Part shown: one piece after another, positions 1 to 9,338 of the stretch
Layout: each line of letters begins with the position of its first letter
Numbering within the stretch: position 1 is the first letter of the stretch
Assembly (NCBI GenBank): GCA_964635565.1
Contig: CAZWON010000005.1
Location: 17,736-81,735 of the forward strand
From: an uncultured Planctomycetia bacterium
GTDB taxonomy: Bacteria; Omnitrophota; Gorgyraeia; Duberdicusellales; 4484-171
Direction: 5' to 3'
DNA: 64,000 nucleotides
Program-made: the position numbers and the translations under genes
The notes under the pieces: model-generated
The model's input: the letters and a program-made list of their open reading frames with translations, nothing else
What the model was told of the DNA's origin: nothing
Database searches by the model: none

Positions 1-13
1 ATTTCCATAATTT

Positions 14-385
14 TTACACTATCCTCCTATAAAAACAGCTTTTCTTGCCAGTATGACAAGCTACCCCTATCTGTATTACTTTAATAAGTAAAGCATCCCT
101 ATCGCAATCGTACCATATGCTTTTTATTTTCTGAATATTACCGCTTGTTTCTCCCTTACGCCATAACACCTTGCGAGAACGAGAATAAAAACACGTTCTT
201 CCTTCATTAATACTAATCTTCAACGACTCCCCATTCATATAGGCAAGCATAAGCACTTTGCCTGTTTTATAATCCTGAATAATCGCAGGAATGAGGCCCT
301 TTTCGTTAAATACCAATCGAGACAAACTTATTTTTTTTCTCTTTCTTAATCTTGTATTTTTTTCCCTTTTCGAATTTCTTTTCAT
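14..385 (-). CDS. hisI: Phosphoribosyl-AMP cyclohydrolase
   Basis: [45 protein letters not shown] motifs; ATGA overlap with hisF. Confidence 0.96.
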   Translation of the reverse strand: MKRNSKREKNTRLRKRKKISLSRLVFNEKGLIPAIIQDYKTGKVLMLAYMNGESLKISINEGRTCFYSRSRKVLWRKGETSGNIQKIKSIWYDCDRDALLIKVIQIGVACHTGKKSCFYRRIV

Positions 386-1185
386 ATTCTTACCTCTACT
401 CCTCTTTTTTTCAGATATCTTTTAACTTCTCTTATGCGAAGCTGACGGTAATGGAAAACAGATGCTGCCAAAGCAGCTGTAGCTTTTGTCTTGCTAAATA
501 TATGGTAAAAATGTGACAATTTTCCTGCACCTCCTGATGCAATAACAGGAATCTTTACTGCATTGCTTACAGCTTGCGTCAATACAATATCATAGCCTTC
601 TTTCGTCCCATCACAATCCATACTCGTCAAAAGAATCTCCCCTGCACCTAAACTTTCTACCTTCTTAGCCCATCTAATAACATCAAGCCCTGTAGGAGTT
701 CTTCCTCCATTAATATAAACCTCCCACTTTTTCGTATTGCGCCGTGCGTATTGTGTAGTGCGTTTTTTCTCTTTTGCATTGCGTATCATTTTTGCATCAA
801 TGGCAACAACAATACATTGGCTACCAAATACTCTACTTGCTTTTTTTATCAAAAAGGGATCTTTTACCGCAGCGGTATTTAAAGAAACTTTATCTGCTCC
901 TGCTAAAAGAAGATTACGAATATCCTCTATGGTATTTACTCCTCCTCCTACCGTAAAAGGCATAAAAACAACGTGAGACACTTTTTTTACTAAGGTAACA
1001 GTAGTCTTTCGCTTCTGGTAGCTTGCGGTAATATCTAAAAACACTAATTCATCTGCGCCTTCCTTCTCATAAATTAAAGCATTTTCAACAGGATCTCCTG
1101 CATCCTTTAAATTCACAAAGTTTACTCCTTTGACTACTCTCCCCTTATTAATATCCAGACAGGGAATTATTCTTTTTGTTAGCAT
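382..1185 (-). CDS. hisF: Imidazole glycerol phosphate synthase cyclase subunit, with an approx. 15-aa loop insertion
   Basis: [55 protein letters not shown]. Confidence 0.97.
   Translation of the reverse strand: MLTKRIIPCLDINKGRVVKGVNFVNLKDAGDPVENALIYEKEGADELVFLDITASYQKRKTTVTLVKKVSHVVFMPFTVGGGVNTIEDIRNLLLAGADKVSLNTAAVKDPFLIKKASRVFGSQCIVVAIDAKMIRNAKEKKRTTQYARRNTKKWEVYINGGRTPTGLDVIRWAKKVESLGAGEILLTSMDCDGTKEGYDIVLTQAVSNAVKIPVIASGGAGKLSHFYHIFSKTKATAALAASVFHYRQLRIREVKRYLKKRGVEVRI
731..786. repeat. Degenerate 7-mer tandem array (TGCGTAT-like, 8 units) inside hisF
   Basis: ttcgtat tgcgccg tgcgtat tgtgtag tgcgttt tttctct tttgcat tgcgtat read directly. Confidence 0.65.
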
Positions 1186-1192
1186 AAAAAAA

Positions 1193-1221
1193 ATTATACC
1201 ACAATAAAAATAAAGGGTAAA
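1193..1221 (-). promoter_or_regulatory. Sigma70-like promoter of hisF, probably leaderless
   Basis: TTTACC-17-TATAAT with extended TG; -10 box ends 7 nt before the ATG; no Shine-Dalgarno. Confidence 0.55.
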
Positions 1222-1283
1222 ATTTATTTTATTATCGATATTATTATTTGATTTTTCTTCTTTTATTGGTATGATAAAAATCT

Positions 1284-2153
1284 ATGAAGACTTCTTATCT
1301 TTGTATACCATGCTTTTTTCGCCAAATAGAAAATGCTTCCTCTTTGGTGGGACTCTCTAAAGAAAATAGAGATAAACTTCATTCCTATATTACTAAAAGG
1401 CTACTTATATTTGACTTTAATTATTCTCCTGTGGTATTCGGTAGGACAATATATAAAACTATTTCTCAAATAAGTAATAAAAGGGATCCCTTCTTAGAAG
1501 AAAAAATTAGAGCAGAAGAATGTCTTCTTAAAATCCTTCCTAAAATAAGAAGTTATTTAAAAATAGTAAAAAATCCTCTTTATATTACTGCAAAAATGAG
1601 CTGTATTGCTAATAGTATTGATTTTGGAACAGGGAAAATTCCTAAAGTGCATGGAATAATATCCCAATTAAAAAATGCTAAACTTTACATAGACCATTTT
1701 CTGCTTTTCAAAAAAAAGATAAAGAAAAAAAACAGTATTTTAGTTATTGGCGATAATTGTGGAGAAACAATATTTGACCTACTTTTTATTGAAGAGATAA
1801 AGAAACACTATTCGGGTATTAAAATATTTTATGCGACACGTTCAGCGCCTATTATTAATGATGTAGTTTTTTCTGACGCTAAACGCATAGGCCTGAATAA
1901 AGTAGCAAAAGTTCTCTCATCAGGATGTGACTATCCTGGTATTATTCTTAAAAAAGCTTCGCCGATATTTAAAAAAATATATCAACAGGCAGACATTGTT
2001 GTAAGTAAAGGTCAAGGCAATTTTGAATCGTTATGGGATATAAAAAAAGACATATTTTATCTTTTTAAGGTGAAGTGCCCACCAGTAAGTGAATTTTTAA
2101 ATACTCCTCAAAATAGCTATATTTTTTTCTATAACAAATTCAAAAAGCAATAA
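1284..2153 (+). CDS. DUF89/ARMT1-like damage-control phosphatase
   Basis: N-terminal CxPC, ANSIDFG, GDNCGE, PIIND, SKGQGNFES, FKVKC. Confidence 0.9.
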   Translation: MKTSYLCIPCFFRQIENASSLVGLSKENRDKLHSYITKRLLIFDFNYSPVVFGRTIYKTISQISNKRDPFLEEKIRAEECLLKILPKIRSYLKIVKNPLYITAKMSCIANSIDFGTGKIPKVHGIISQLKNAKLYIDHFLLFKKKIKKKNSILVIGDNCGETIFDLLFIEEIKKHYSGIKIFYATRSAPIINDVVFSDAKRIGLNKVAKVLSSGCDYPGIILKKASPIFKKIYQQADIVVSKGQGNFESLWDIKKDIFYLFKVKCPPVSEFLNTPQNSYIFFYNKFKKQ

Positions 2154-2165
2154 AGATTGTTTTAT

Positions 2166-2194
2166 TTGACAAAAAAAGGAGGTAGGTGTAGAAT
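2166..2194 (+). promoter_or_regulatory. Sigma70-like promoter
   Basis: TTGACA-17-TAGAAT upstream of the antiporter/CNNM genes. Confidence 0.6.
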
Positions 2195-2311
2195 TTTTTC
2201 TATTATTTTATAATGCTTTTTCATAACTAATCCTTAAAAAGGACGAGTAAAGAAAACTAGTAAATGATTGAAAAAATATAAAAAGTATTGGAATATTAAT
2301 CGAAAGTATAT

Positions 2312-2902
2312 ATGAGTTTGTTTTTTGTAGGATTAGCTCTTCTATGTGGATTTATAGGGGGTAAAGTATCTGATCATTTTAAATTTCCCTCTGTTGTAAG
2401 ATATCTCATCGCAGGATTGCTTTTAGGTCTTTCCTTTCTAATGGAAAACTTAAGAATTTTTAATGACCTCGCTCTTTCTTTTATGGAAATTTTAACCTCT
2501 TTTACTCTACCCATATATATCGTATTCTTTGTAATTGCTGGTACACACCTACAACTTAACATGCTCTCTAAAATGGGATTAATTGGCTTAGTATATATTA
2601 TTTGTAGAAGTATAGGACCTATTGGAGGAGCATTTTTTGGGACAAGTATCTCTAAAGCAGAAAAAGCTATCCGTAAATATCTCGGATTTGGTATTCTCTC
2701 TCAGGCAGGTGTAGCAATAGGATTAGCACTTTTAGTTACGAGAGAATTTTCTTCTTTAGGACCGCAGGCTAAGGAATTAGCTACTCTTGTCATTAACACT
2801 ATCGCTGCTACTACAATTATTTTCAAAATTATTGGCCCTATTGCAACAAAATTTGCCATTACAAAAGCAGGCGAAGTTAGAAAGGATATCCTTAAAGCAT
2901 AG
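2312..2902 (+). pseudogene. Cation:proton antiporter (CPA/Kef-type) with a large in-frame internal deletion
   Basis: N-terminal GGK..KFPSVVxYLIAGLLLG joined directly to C-terminal PIYIVFFVIAG...KYLG..SQAGVAIGLA...IGP; 196 aa versus about 400 aa typical. Confidence 0.65.
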
Positions 2903-2986
2903 ATAAGTTTTATAGAAATCTATGTATATTCGAGGTAAGATAATAGAATCGATAACTCCTACCTTATTCTTTTTCCGCTACAAAAA

Positions 2987-4204
2987 ATGATGAGTATTAC
3001 AGGAATTCTTGTTATTTTCTTTATTATTATTTCGGCTTTCTTTTCTGCTTCAGAAACAGCACTTTTTTCTTTAGGAAAAATGCGGTTACGACGTCTTCAA
3101 GATAAATTCTCTTCTGCAAAGATTATAAAGTATCTTTTAAAGAAACCTGCTCATTTGTTATCTACAATTGTCTTTGGCAACATGCTTGTAAATATAGGAT
3201 TGGCTTCTCTAAGTGCGGTTTTTTTTGTTAATATTTTTAAAGAAAAAGGGATATTTTTTTCTATATTTTTCTCAGGAGTAATCATTTTATTTTTGGGAGA
3301 AATATTCCCAAAAATATTATCTATATATACTGCGGAGAGATTTTCTCTTATTTGTGCTCCTATATTAAATATTTTCTCTAAAATATTTTTTCCTATAGTT
3401 TTTATTCTTAAATACCTAAGTACAGGTTTAACATCGCTCTTTGTCCACCATAAAAAGAACATTCTTTTTACTGAAGAAGAATTAAAGACTGCTCTTTATT
3501 TAGGTAAAAAAGAAGGAGCAATAAGCGAAGCAGAGGAAGAAATGATTTCCTGTGTGTTAAAATTTAAAGATACTTCTGCTAGTCAAATTATGACTCCCCG
3601 TGTAGAAGTAAAAGCGATAGATATAGATAGTACCTCTTTAGAGGTTAAGAGTACTCTTAAAAAAGAAATGCACTCTAAATTTCCTGTATATAAAGAATCA
3701 ATGGATAATATTAAAGGAATTTTATATAGCAAAGATGTCTTTTTAAATCCTGATAAAGATTGGAAAATATTCATAAGAGAACCAATATTTATTCCTGAAA
3801 GTAAAAAGATAGATGACATTTTAACTGAGTTTATAAAAAGAAAAGAACGGATTGCTGTAGTATTAGATGAGTATGGTGGAACTTCAGGAATAATTACCTT
3901 TGAGGATATTGTAGAAGAAATTTTTGGAGAACTTTATGACGAATATGAATTTCCCCAGGAAATACTTCAGGAAATTGGACCTAAAACATATAGAGTATTT
4001 GCTAAAGCTCCCATAAAGACAGTCAATTTAGAGCTTAATATAAATCTCCCTGAAGGAGAAGATACGATAGCAGGATTCATTTTAAACTACTTAGAACGTA
4101 TTCCTCAAGAAGGAGAAAAATTTTTATTTAGTAATAATATAGAATTTATTATAGAACGAGCTACTCGCCGTCGTCTCTTAAGTGTAATTGTTAAATTATT
4201 ATGA
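2987..4204 (+). CDS. CNNM/hemolysin-family protein (DUF21-CBS pair-CorC_HlyC), Mg2+/Co2+ transport related
   Basis: SAFFSASETALFSL, GEIFPK, IMTPR, HSKFPVY, VLDEYGGTSGIITFEDIVEEIFGE, DTIAGF. Confidence 0.93.
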   Translation: MMSITGILVIFFIIISAFFSASETALFSLGKMRLRRLQDKFSSAKIIKYLLKKPAHLLSTIVFGNMLVNIGLASLSAVFFVNIFKEKGIFFSIFFSGVIILFLGEIFPKILSIYTAERFSLICAPILNIFSKIFFPIVFILKYLSTGLTSLFVHHKKNILFTEEELKTALYLGKKEGAISEAEEEMISCVLKFKDTSASQIMTPRVEVKAIDIDSTSLEVKSTLKKEMHSKFPVYKESMDNIKGILYSKDVFLNPDKDWKIFIREPIFIPESKKIDDILTEFIKRKERIAVVLDEYGGTSGIITFEDIVEEIFGELYDEYEFPQEILQEIGPKTYRVFAKAPIKTVNLELNINLPEGEDTIAGFILNYLERIPQEGEKFLFSNNIEFIIERATRRRLLSVIVKLL

Positions 4205-5157
4205 ATATAGTTTTTTATGTAATAGGATGTATATTTTTTCTCCTGCTTCAGGGATTTTTTTCGGGTAGTGAAATCGCTTTTATCTCTACAAGTATTGTGC
4301 GCTTACAACACCGCATTCAAAAAAAAGATAAAAAAGCGCAATTGGCTTTAAAGCTTATATCAAATCCTGAAAAATTCCTTGCTACAACACTGATAGGAAC
4401 GAATATTTCTGTAGTTATAAGTTCAAGCCTTGCTACTCTCTTTTTAATTAAATTAGGCATAAAGAACAGCAATGTATGGATTACATTCTTGTTTACTCCT
4501 CTTGTGGTAATTTTCTCTGAGCTCGTTCCTAAAAATATTGGTAACCATTACCGAGAAAAATTTAGTTGCGCTGTAGCATCTTATATAAAATTTTTTGAAT
4601 CTTTTTTTCTTCCCCTGGTTATTGCGGTAGAATCAGTTAGCCGCTTTTTTATAAAATTATTTATAGGAAAACGAAGAAAACATTCTCTTTTTGTAACTCG
4701 TGAAGAAATAAAGGTGATGTTTAAAGAAAGGGGTGGCTTAAGTTTAGATAAAGGAGAAAAGGAAGCAATTGAAGACATTTTTAATTTTAAAGAAACAAAA
4801 ATAAAAGATGTGACTACTCCTTTTAAAAAGATAGTAGGATTTGATTATATGGATTTGCTACCGAATATATTTGAAAAAGCATCCCGCTATAGATTTACCC
4901 GTTATCCCATATTTAAAAATCAAGAAATTATTGGTTATATTAATATATTTGATATTTTCTACCATAATAATAATTGGCATAATTCTATTCGTCCTATTAT
5001 TCGTGTAGGAGAAAGCCAGAAACTATATGAAGTATTTACTCGACTGAGAGAAAAACGGGAAAGCATAGCAGTAGTGATGCGTGGTAAGAAAGTATTAGGT
5101 ATTGTAACTATTGAAGATATTATCCGTGAAATAATAACCTCTATTATTAAATATTAG
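4201..5157 (+). CDS. Second CNNM-family protein (DUF21-CBS pair, no C-terminal CorC domain)
   Basis: GFFSGSEIAF, TTLIGTN, FSELVPK, FTRYPIF, GIVTIEDII; ATGA-coupled to the previous gene. Confidence 0.88.
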   Translation: MNIVFYVIGCIFFLLLQGFFSGSEIAFISTSIVRLQHRIQKKDKKAQLALKLISNPEKFLATTLIGTNISVVISSSLATLFLIKLGIKNSNVWITFLFTPLVVIFSELVPKNIGNHYREKFSCAVASYIKFFESFFLPLVIAVESVSRFFIKLFIGKRRKHSLFVTREEIKVMFKERGGLSLDKGEKEAIEDIFNFKETKIKDVTTPFKKIVGFDYMDLLPNIFEKASRYRFTRYPIFKNQEIIGYINIFDIFYHNNNWHNSIRPIIRVGESQKLYEVFTRLREKRESIAVVMRGKKVLGIVTIEDIIREIITSIIKY

Positions 5158-5202
5158 AAGATACAAGATATAACCTTACAATACTTTATATTACTTAATT
5201 AC

Positions 5203-5772
5203 TTATGTAACAAAAGTATTCAACTCTTTGGCAGTTATACAGTTAATCCCCAATTTATAAGCCCATTCAATTAATCCTTTATCGGATGTGGCAAGATAAG
5301 CTTTTAGTTCCTTGGCAAGCAGTAACAAATCACAATCTTCTTTACTATCAATTATTCCCTCCCTAAGCGCAAACCGATATTCCTCACGTAGGCTCTTAAT
5401 AATTTCCTCCTCATTCTTGATATGCAATGCCCGCCGAGTATATTTTTCTGCTACCCTTAAACCTTTATTTATACGGCTACGCATTTCTTCTATAAACTCA
5501 TAAAATAAAAGAGAAGGTATAAAGAGTTCATACTTGGAAGGAGGCTTTTTATTTATAAGGGCGGCTTTCTTCAATATCTCAGAAACACCAATAAATTTGG
5601 CCAACTCCTCATATATTAAAGGAGGCATATAGCAAATAATATTATTTTTTTTCTCTAAAAGTGCTAAGAAATTGTTAAATGCCTCCTTTGGTGTCTTCCC
5701 AAAATAACACCGCTCCACAGGATTGATAAAGATATTTGTATCTAATACTATTTTTATTTTATCTTTCTTCAT
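5203..5772 (-). CDS. HARP minimal protein-only RNase P (Aq_880-like PIN-domain protein)
   Basis: VLDTNIFINP, YMPP, LFYEFIEEMRSRINKGLRVAE, LREEYRFALREGIIDSKEDCDLLLLAKEL, SDKGLIEWAxKLGI closely match Aq_880 as I recall it. Confidence 0.9.
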   Translation of the reverse strand: MKKDKIKIVLDTNIFINPVERCYFGKTPKEAFNNFLALLEKKNNIICYMPPLIYEELAKFIGVSEILKKAALINKKPPSKYELFIPSLLFYEFIEEMRSRINKGLRVAEKYTRRALHIKNEEEIIKSLREEYRFALREGIIDSKEDCDLLLLAKELKAYLATSDKGLIEWAYKLGINCITAKELNTFVT

Positions 5773-6021
5773 AACCTTTTATTTTAAATGATAAGATAGA
5801 ATAAAGCAAATATTTTTATATCCGAATCTCTAAATCAATATAAAAAAAAATTATTATAACTATTTATAAGAATCTTTATTAAAATTAATAAGATAATCCT
5901 AAGAATTTTAAGAATAAATAACACTATTTTATGAAAATATTGTCAAAGAGAGTATTATGTGTTATAAATATGTGCTTAAAGGTGGTCCGTTAATATTTTA
6001 ATTTTAAAAAGCAGGAGGGTT

Positions 6022-6189
6022 ATGGGAAAATTAAAAAGTGAAATGAAAAAGATTCATGCTAAAAGAGTAAGAAAGGCTAAGGAACAACTTAAAACATATC
6101 GTGAAGGAAAAATTCCTTACGAAAAGTTAAATAGATTAGCAAGAAGGTTTCTTATCCGTCAAAAAAATAAAGAAGAGCAAAAAATATAA
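6022..6189 (+). CDS. Small basic hypothetical protein, 55 aa (absent from the ORF track)
   Basis: GGAGG Shine-Dalgarno just before ATG; MGKLKSEMKKIHAKRVRKAKEQLKTYREGKIPYEKLNRLARRFLIRQKNKEEQKI. Confidence 0.65.
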   Translation: MGKLKSEMKKIHAKRVRKAKEQLKTYREGKIPYEKLNRLARRFLIRQKNKEEQKI

Positions 6190-6206
6190 AGGTCCCTATT
6201 TAAAAC

Positions 6207-6476
6207 CTATTCAAGACTGTAGTGTTTTTTTACATGTTTCTTTATATGCCAACGGCAATGTAACCCTTTAGGAAATATTGCTAAATCGCCCTTTTCTATT
6301 TTAATCTTTCTTCCATCCAGAAGCTCTACTTCTACTTCACCCTCAAGAAAATAACATATCTCTTTACTTTCATAATACCAACCAAAGCTACTTTCTTCCT
6401 TTTCCCATATAGGCCATTTATCCACACCTAATTTTTCTAACTCTTCTGGTGTAAGTTTTCTCACTTCTATCTCCAT
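6207..6476 (-). CDS. Cupin_3 (DUF861/EutQ-like) protein
   Basis: LGVDKWPIWEKE, ExCYFLEGEV, GDLAIFPKG, CRWHI..VKKHY; strong SD. Confidence 0.9.
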   Translation of the reverse strand: MEIEVRKLTPEELEKLGVDKWPIWEKEESSFGWYYESKEICYFLEGEVEVELLDGRKIKIEKGDLAIFPKGLHCRWHIKKHVKKHYSLE

Positions 6477-7092
6477 AATACCTCCTCCCTCTTATTTTTT
6501 CTCTCTCATCATTCTTTAATAATTTTTCCTATGCTGCTTTCTATAAAATGTTTTTATCTAATCTTAGGATAATTTAACAATATTTTTAATAAAAAGTCAA
6601 AGAATAAAACATAATCTGTAAGAATTGAAAATATTTTAGCTAACGCACAATCTCTGATATCGGCTATACTGAAGATTATTTTGTAATGCTGGCTTATGTT
6701 CTTATAGACAGTTTTTAAGATATTTTGACAAAAAATTTTTATATTAGAACCAGAACAAAAAAAGTTAAATTATAAAAGCTGTTACCCAATTTTTTTATAA
6801 TACCTCCACCAATAAAAAATAATTTAGATTTTTTCTAAAGAGGTGATATAATTTAATAAAATTTATAAATAAAAAGTTAGATGATTTTCTAAAGACGAAG
6901 ATAAAATATCTGCCTAACCAATGAGTTTTTTACGATAACTGAAATGAGGTTACTTAAGGTAAGTTAAGAAGATAAAAAACAAGGAGTTTTAGGAGATTAA
7001 ATCAACTAAAAATTTTGTATATTTTGCTTCAAAAGTTTAAACCTCATTAACAATCAGTTGTTTTTTTCTAATAGAAAAAGATAATATTTGTT

Positions 7093-7166
7093 GGCGGCGT
7101 AGCTCAGTCTGGCAGAGCAAACGGCTCATACCCGTTATGTCGACAGTTCAAATCTGTCCGCCGCCA
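7093..7166 (+). tRNA. tRNA-Met(CAT), elongator type; CCA not encoded
   Basis: Cloverleaf: GGCGGCG/CGCCGCC acceptor, GCTC/GAGC D-stem, AACGG-CTCATAC-CCGTT anticodon arm, GACAG-TTCAAAT-CTGTC T-arm. G1-C72 pair excludes initiator; Ile2 not fully excluded. Confidence 0.93.
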
Positions 7167-7600
7167 TTTTTCATAGGACGTTTTTCCTTAAAGAGAGAAA
7201 TATAAATAATATAGATGTTTAAAAGTAGTAAAGGTCATAGTATAAAAAGATTTACAGGGGAACAAAACAATTTGGCTTTTGGTTTTATTAAAAAAAGTGA
7301 GTCTTAAAAAATTATTTATCAAATTAAAGATAAGAATGTATTTTAAGAAACAAAAGAGCCGCTGTATAAAAAACCAATAAAGCACTATTTGTGCGTCTCC
7401 TTTTAATCTTCTTTACCATACAAAATATCCCTTCTACCCACCCCATATTATCTTACCAATATTGCACGGAATTTTTGGAAAGAATTCATTTCTATTTTCT
7501 TCAGTGATTAAAAAATACTAATAAACTCAGAGAAATTTATCCATCTTCCTGACCTACTTTCATTGAATTAACTCTTCGTATATGTTACAATTTAAAGGGA

Positions 7601-8032
7601 GTGGAATATATTAAAGAAATAAAAATGAGCAAATTCATAAGAAAAATAACAGTTCCTATAGTAATTCTATGTGGGTGTCTTCCTCTTTATTCTCAAGAAA
7701 AAACCATTAAAATTCCTCAAAAAAATAGCGTAATTATTTCAAAACAACCGAATAAAATACAACATACAAAAAATAAAGTTAGAAAAAATTTTTTTTTGGA
7801 GTGGATAAACACAAAAGCATATGCTGTTCCTATTGACAAAAATGGAGAAAAAAAATTATTAAGAAAAAAATGGAAAAAATTGTTGGGATTAGATATCTTC
7901 TATCCTTATTTTAAAGCTAAAGAAGTAGAAGACTGGATAAAAGATAAAACAAGCATGCAAGTTTTTAAAATAAAAGGCAGGCCAAAATTTGAAAATGACC
8001 ATATAAAATATATATTTAAAATAAAGTTCTAA
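7601..8032 (+). CDS. Hypothetical exported protein (start may be ATG 7625)
   Basis: Signal-like MSKFIRKITVPIVILCGCLPLYS; upstream TTGAAT-17-TACAAT; C-terminal Phe. Confidence 0.6.
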   Translation: MEYIKEIKMSKFIRKITVPIVILCGCLPLYSQEKTIKIPQKNSVIISKQPNKIQHTKNKVRKNFFLEWINTKAYAVPIDKNGEKKLLRKKWKKLLGLDIFYPYFKAKEVEDWIKDKTSMQVFKIKGRPKFENDHIKYIFKIKF

Positions 8033-8047
8033 AAAATTAAAAACAAC

Positions 8048-8347
8048 CTACCCCTTAAATATAGCCCAAAGCAACACTACAATCACAATAGAAGAAACAA
8101 TGTAAAAGTCGTTAAAATAAATAAACTCCCGTATACGCTCAGAAGTAGATACTTTTTCTTTATGAATATTAAATCTTTTCTGGATTTCTTTTTTTAAATC
8201 AACAATGTCATCCTTACGAAACCTTAAGAATTCGCCGGCAACTTTAAAATGAGGAATCTTGTTATTTTCCGTTAATTCAATCACATCCTTTTCTGAAATT
8301 TCTAATATCTTAGAAACCTCTCTTGTAGTCAAAAGTTTTTCTCTCAT
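8048..8347 (-). CDS. HTH_17 (excisionase/MerR-like) DNA-binding domain with a C-terminal transmembrane helix
   Basis: LLTTREVSKIL...KIPHFKVAGEFLRFRKDDI; hydrophobic tail FYIVSSIVIVVLLWAIF. Confidence 0.8.
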   Translation of the reverse strand: MREKLLTTREVSKILEISEKDVIELTENNKIPHFKVAGEFLRFRKDDIVDLKKEIQKRFNIHKEKVSTSERIREFIYFNDFYIVSSIVIVVLLWAIFKG

Positions 8348-8388
8348 TGCTCCATTTTCTTGTTACTCAATGAATATACACTAATTCT

Positions 8389-8880
8389 CTAACGATTCTG
8401 ACCTATCCACGCTTCCACTTCCTTTCTATCAAACACCAGCTGGTCTCTCTCTTTCTCTACAGGTATCTTACCACTGTTAACCCACTCCATTATCTTATGC
8501 TCTTCGATGGATAAATAATTGGATAATTCTGAAAGATTAAGCTTTTCTCCTCTCATCTTGCACTTGCCATTCAAAATTGCTCCCTCTTCAACAGACATCC
8601 GAGGAGTATCAATATCTGCATTAACATTGGCTGAGGAAGTTAAAGCTACCAGAGCATTTGCTTTTATCTTTCCCTTCACATACCCTGAAACAATAATATT
8701 TTCTCCTTCAATATCAGCTAAAACAGTAGCATTATTCCCAATTGTCAATACTCCTTTCGTCTTTAAACTTCCCTCAAAACGTCCATTTATTCTCAAATTT
8801 ACAGGATCAGAAAAAACTAACGTCCCCTGCATTGTAGCATTAACATCTAATATTTTTTCTTCCTCTTTACGTTTTACCAT
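8389..8880 (-). CDS. Bactofilin (polymer-forming cytoskeletal) domain fused to a C-terminal HTH_17 domain
   Basis: LRINGRFEGSL..LTIG..V.ADIEG..I.VSG.VKGKI...VEEGAILNGKCKM, then LSELSNYLSI..IMEWVNSGKIP...FDRKEVEAWI. Confidence 0.85.
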   Translation of the reverse strand: MVKRKEEEKILDVNATMQGTLVFSDPVNLRINGRFEGSLKTKGVLTIGNNATVLADIEGENIIVSGYVKGKIKANALVALTSSANVNADIDTPRMSVEEGAILNGKCKMRGEKLNLSELSNYLSIEEHKIMEWVNSGKIPVEKERDQLVFDRKEVEAWIGQNR

Positions 8881-8904
8881 TATTCACCCCCCTTAATATA
8901 TTTT

Positions 8905-9333
8905 TTACTTATCTAATTTATTCTCTGCTTTCTTCAAGAAAGCAAGAGAAAGAAAAATAATTCCCGTAGAAATAATTGCAGCCAGAAAATAACCACAACC
9001 TACTGCTAAACCAATAGCTGCACTCACCCAAACACTGGCGGCAGTGGTAAGGCCTCGACTACCCTGTCTACTTCTAATAATAGCTCCTGCTCCTAAAAAA
9101 CCAATGCCTGTAACTACTCCTGCTGCAATCCTTGCAGGATCAACACTGCTATAGTTATTATAAGAATGATAAATATATACTGAAATAAGCATAATTAATG
9201 AAGAACCAACACAAACAAGAATATGTGTTCTTAATCCTGCACTTCTTCCTTTTGCTTCTCTCTCTAACCCAATGATACTACCTAAAATAAAAGCCAATAT
9301 AAGACGTATAATAGTATCGGAGGTCGTTAACAT
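8905..9333 (-). CDS. MgtC/SapB family membrane protein
   Basis: IGLERE..AGLRTHILV, DPARIAAGVVTGIGFLGAG, GLTTAASVW. Confidence 0.95.
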   Translation of the reverse strand: MLTTSDTIIRLILAFILGSIIGLEREAKGRSAGLRTHILVCVGSSLIMLISVYIYHSYNNYSSVDPARIAAGVVTGIGFLGAGAIIRSRQGSRGLTTAASVWVSAAIGLAVGCGYFLAAIISTGIIFLSLAFLKKAENKLDK

Positions 9334-9338
9334 AAATT

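Noticed and set aside
2987-5157. Tandem CNNM paralogs as a novelty
   Set aside because: Tandem DUF21-CBS pairs are a familiar arrangement in several bacterial groups.
7188-7385. 65-aa Phe/Leu-rich ORF after the tRNA
   Set aside because: Composition mirrors A-rich intergenic DNA; no SD or recognisable motif.
7093-8880. tRNA next to excisionase-like HTH genes, suggesting an integrated element
   Set aside because: No integrase, no duplicated tRNA 3' end seen, and the HTH genes continue a housekeeping operon.
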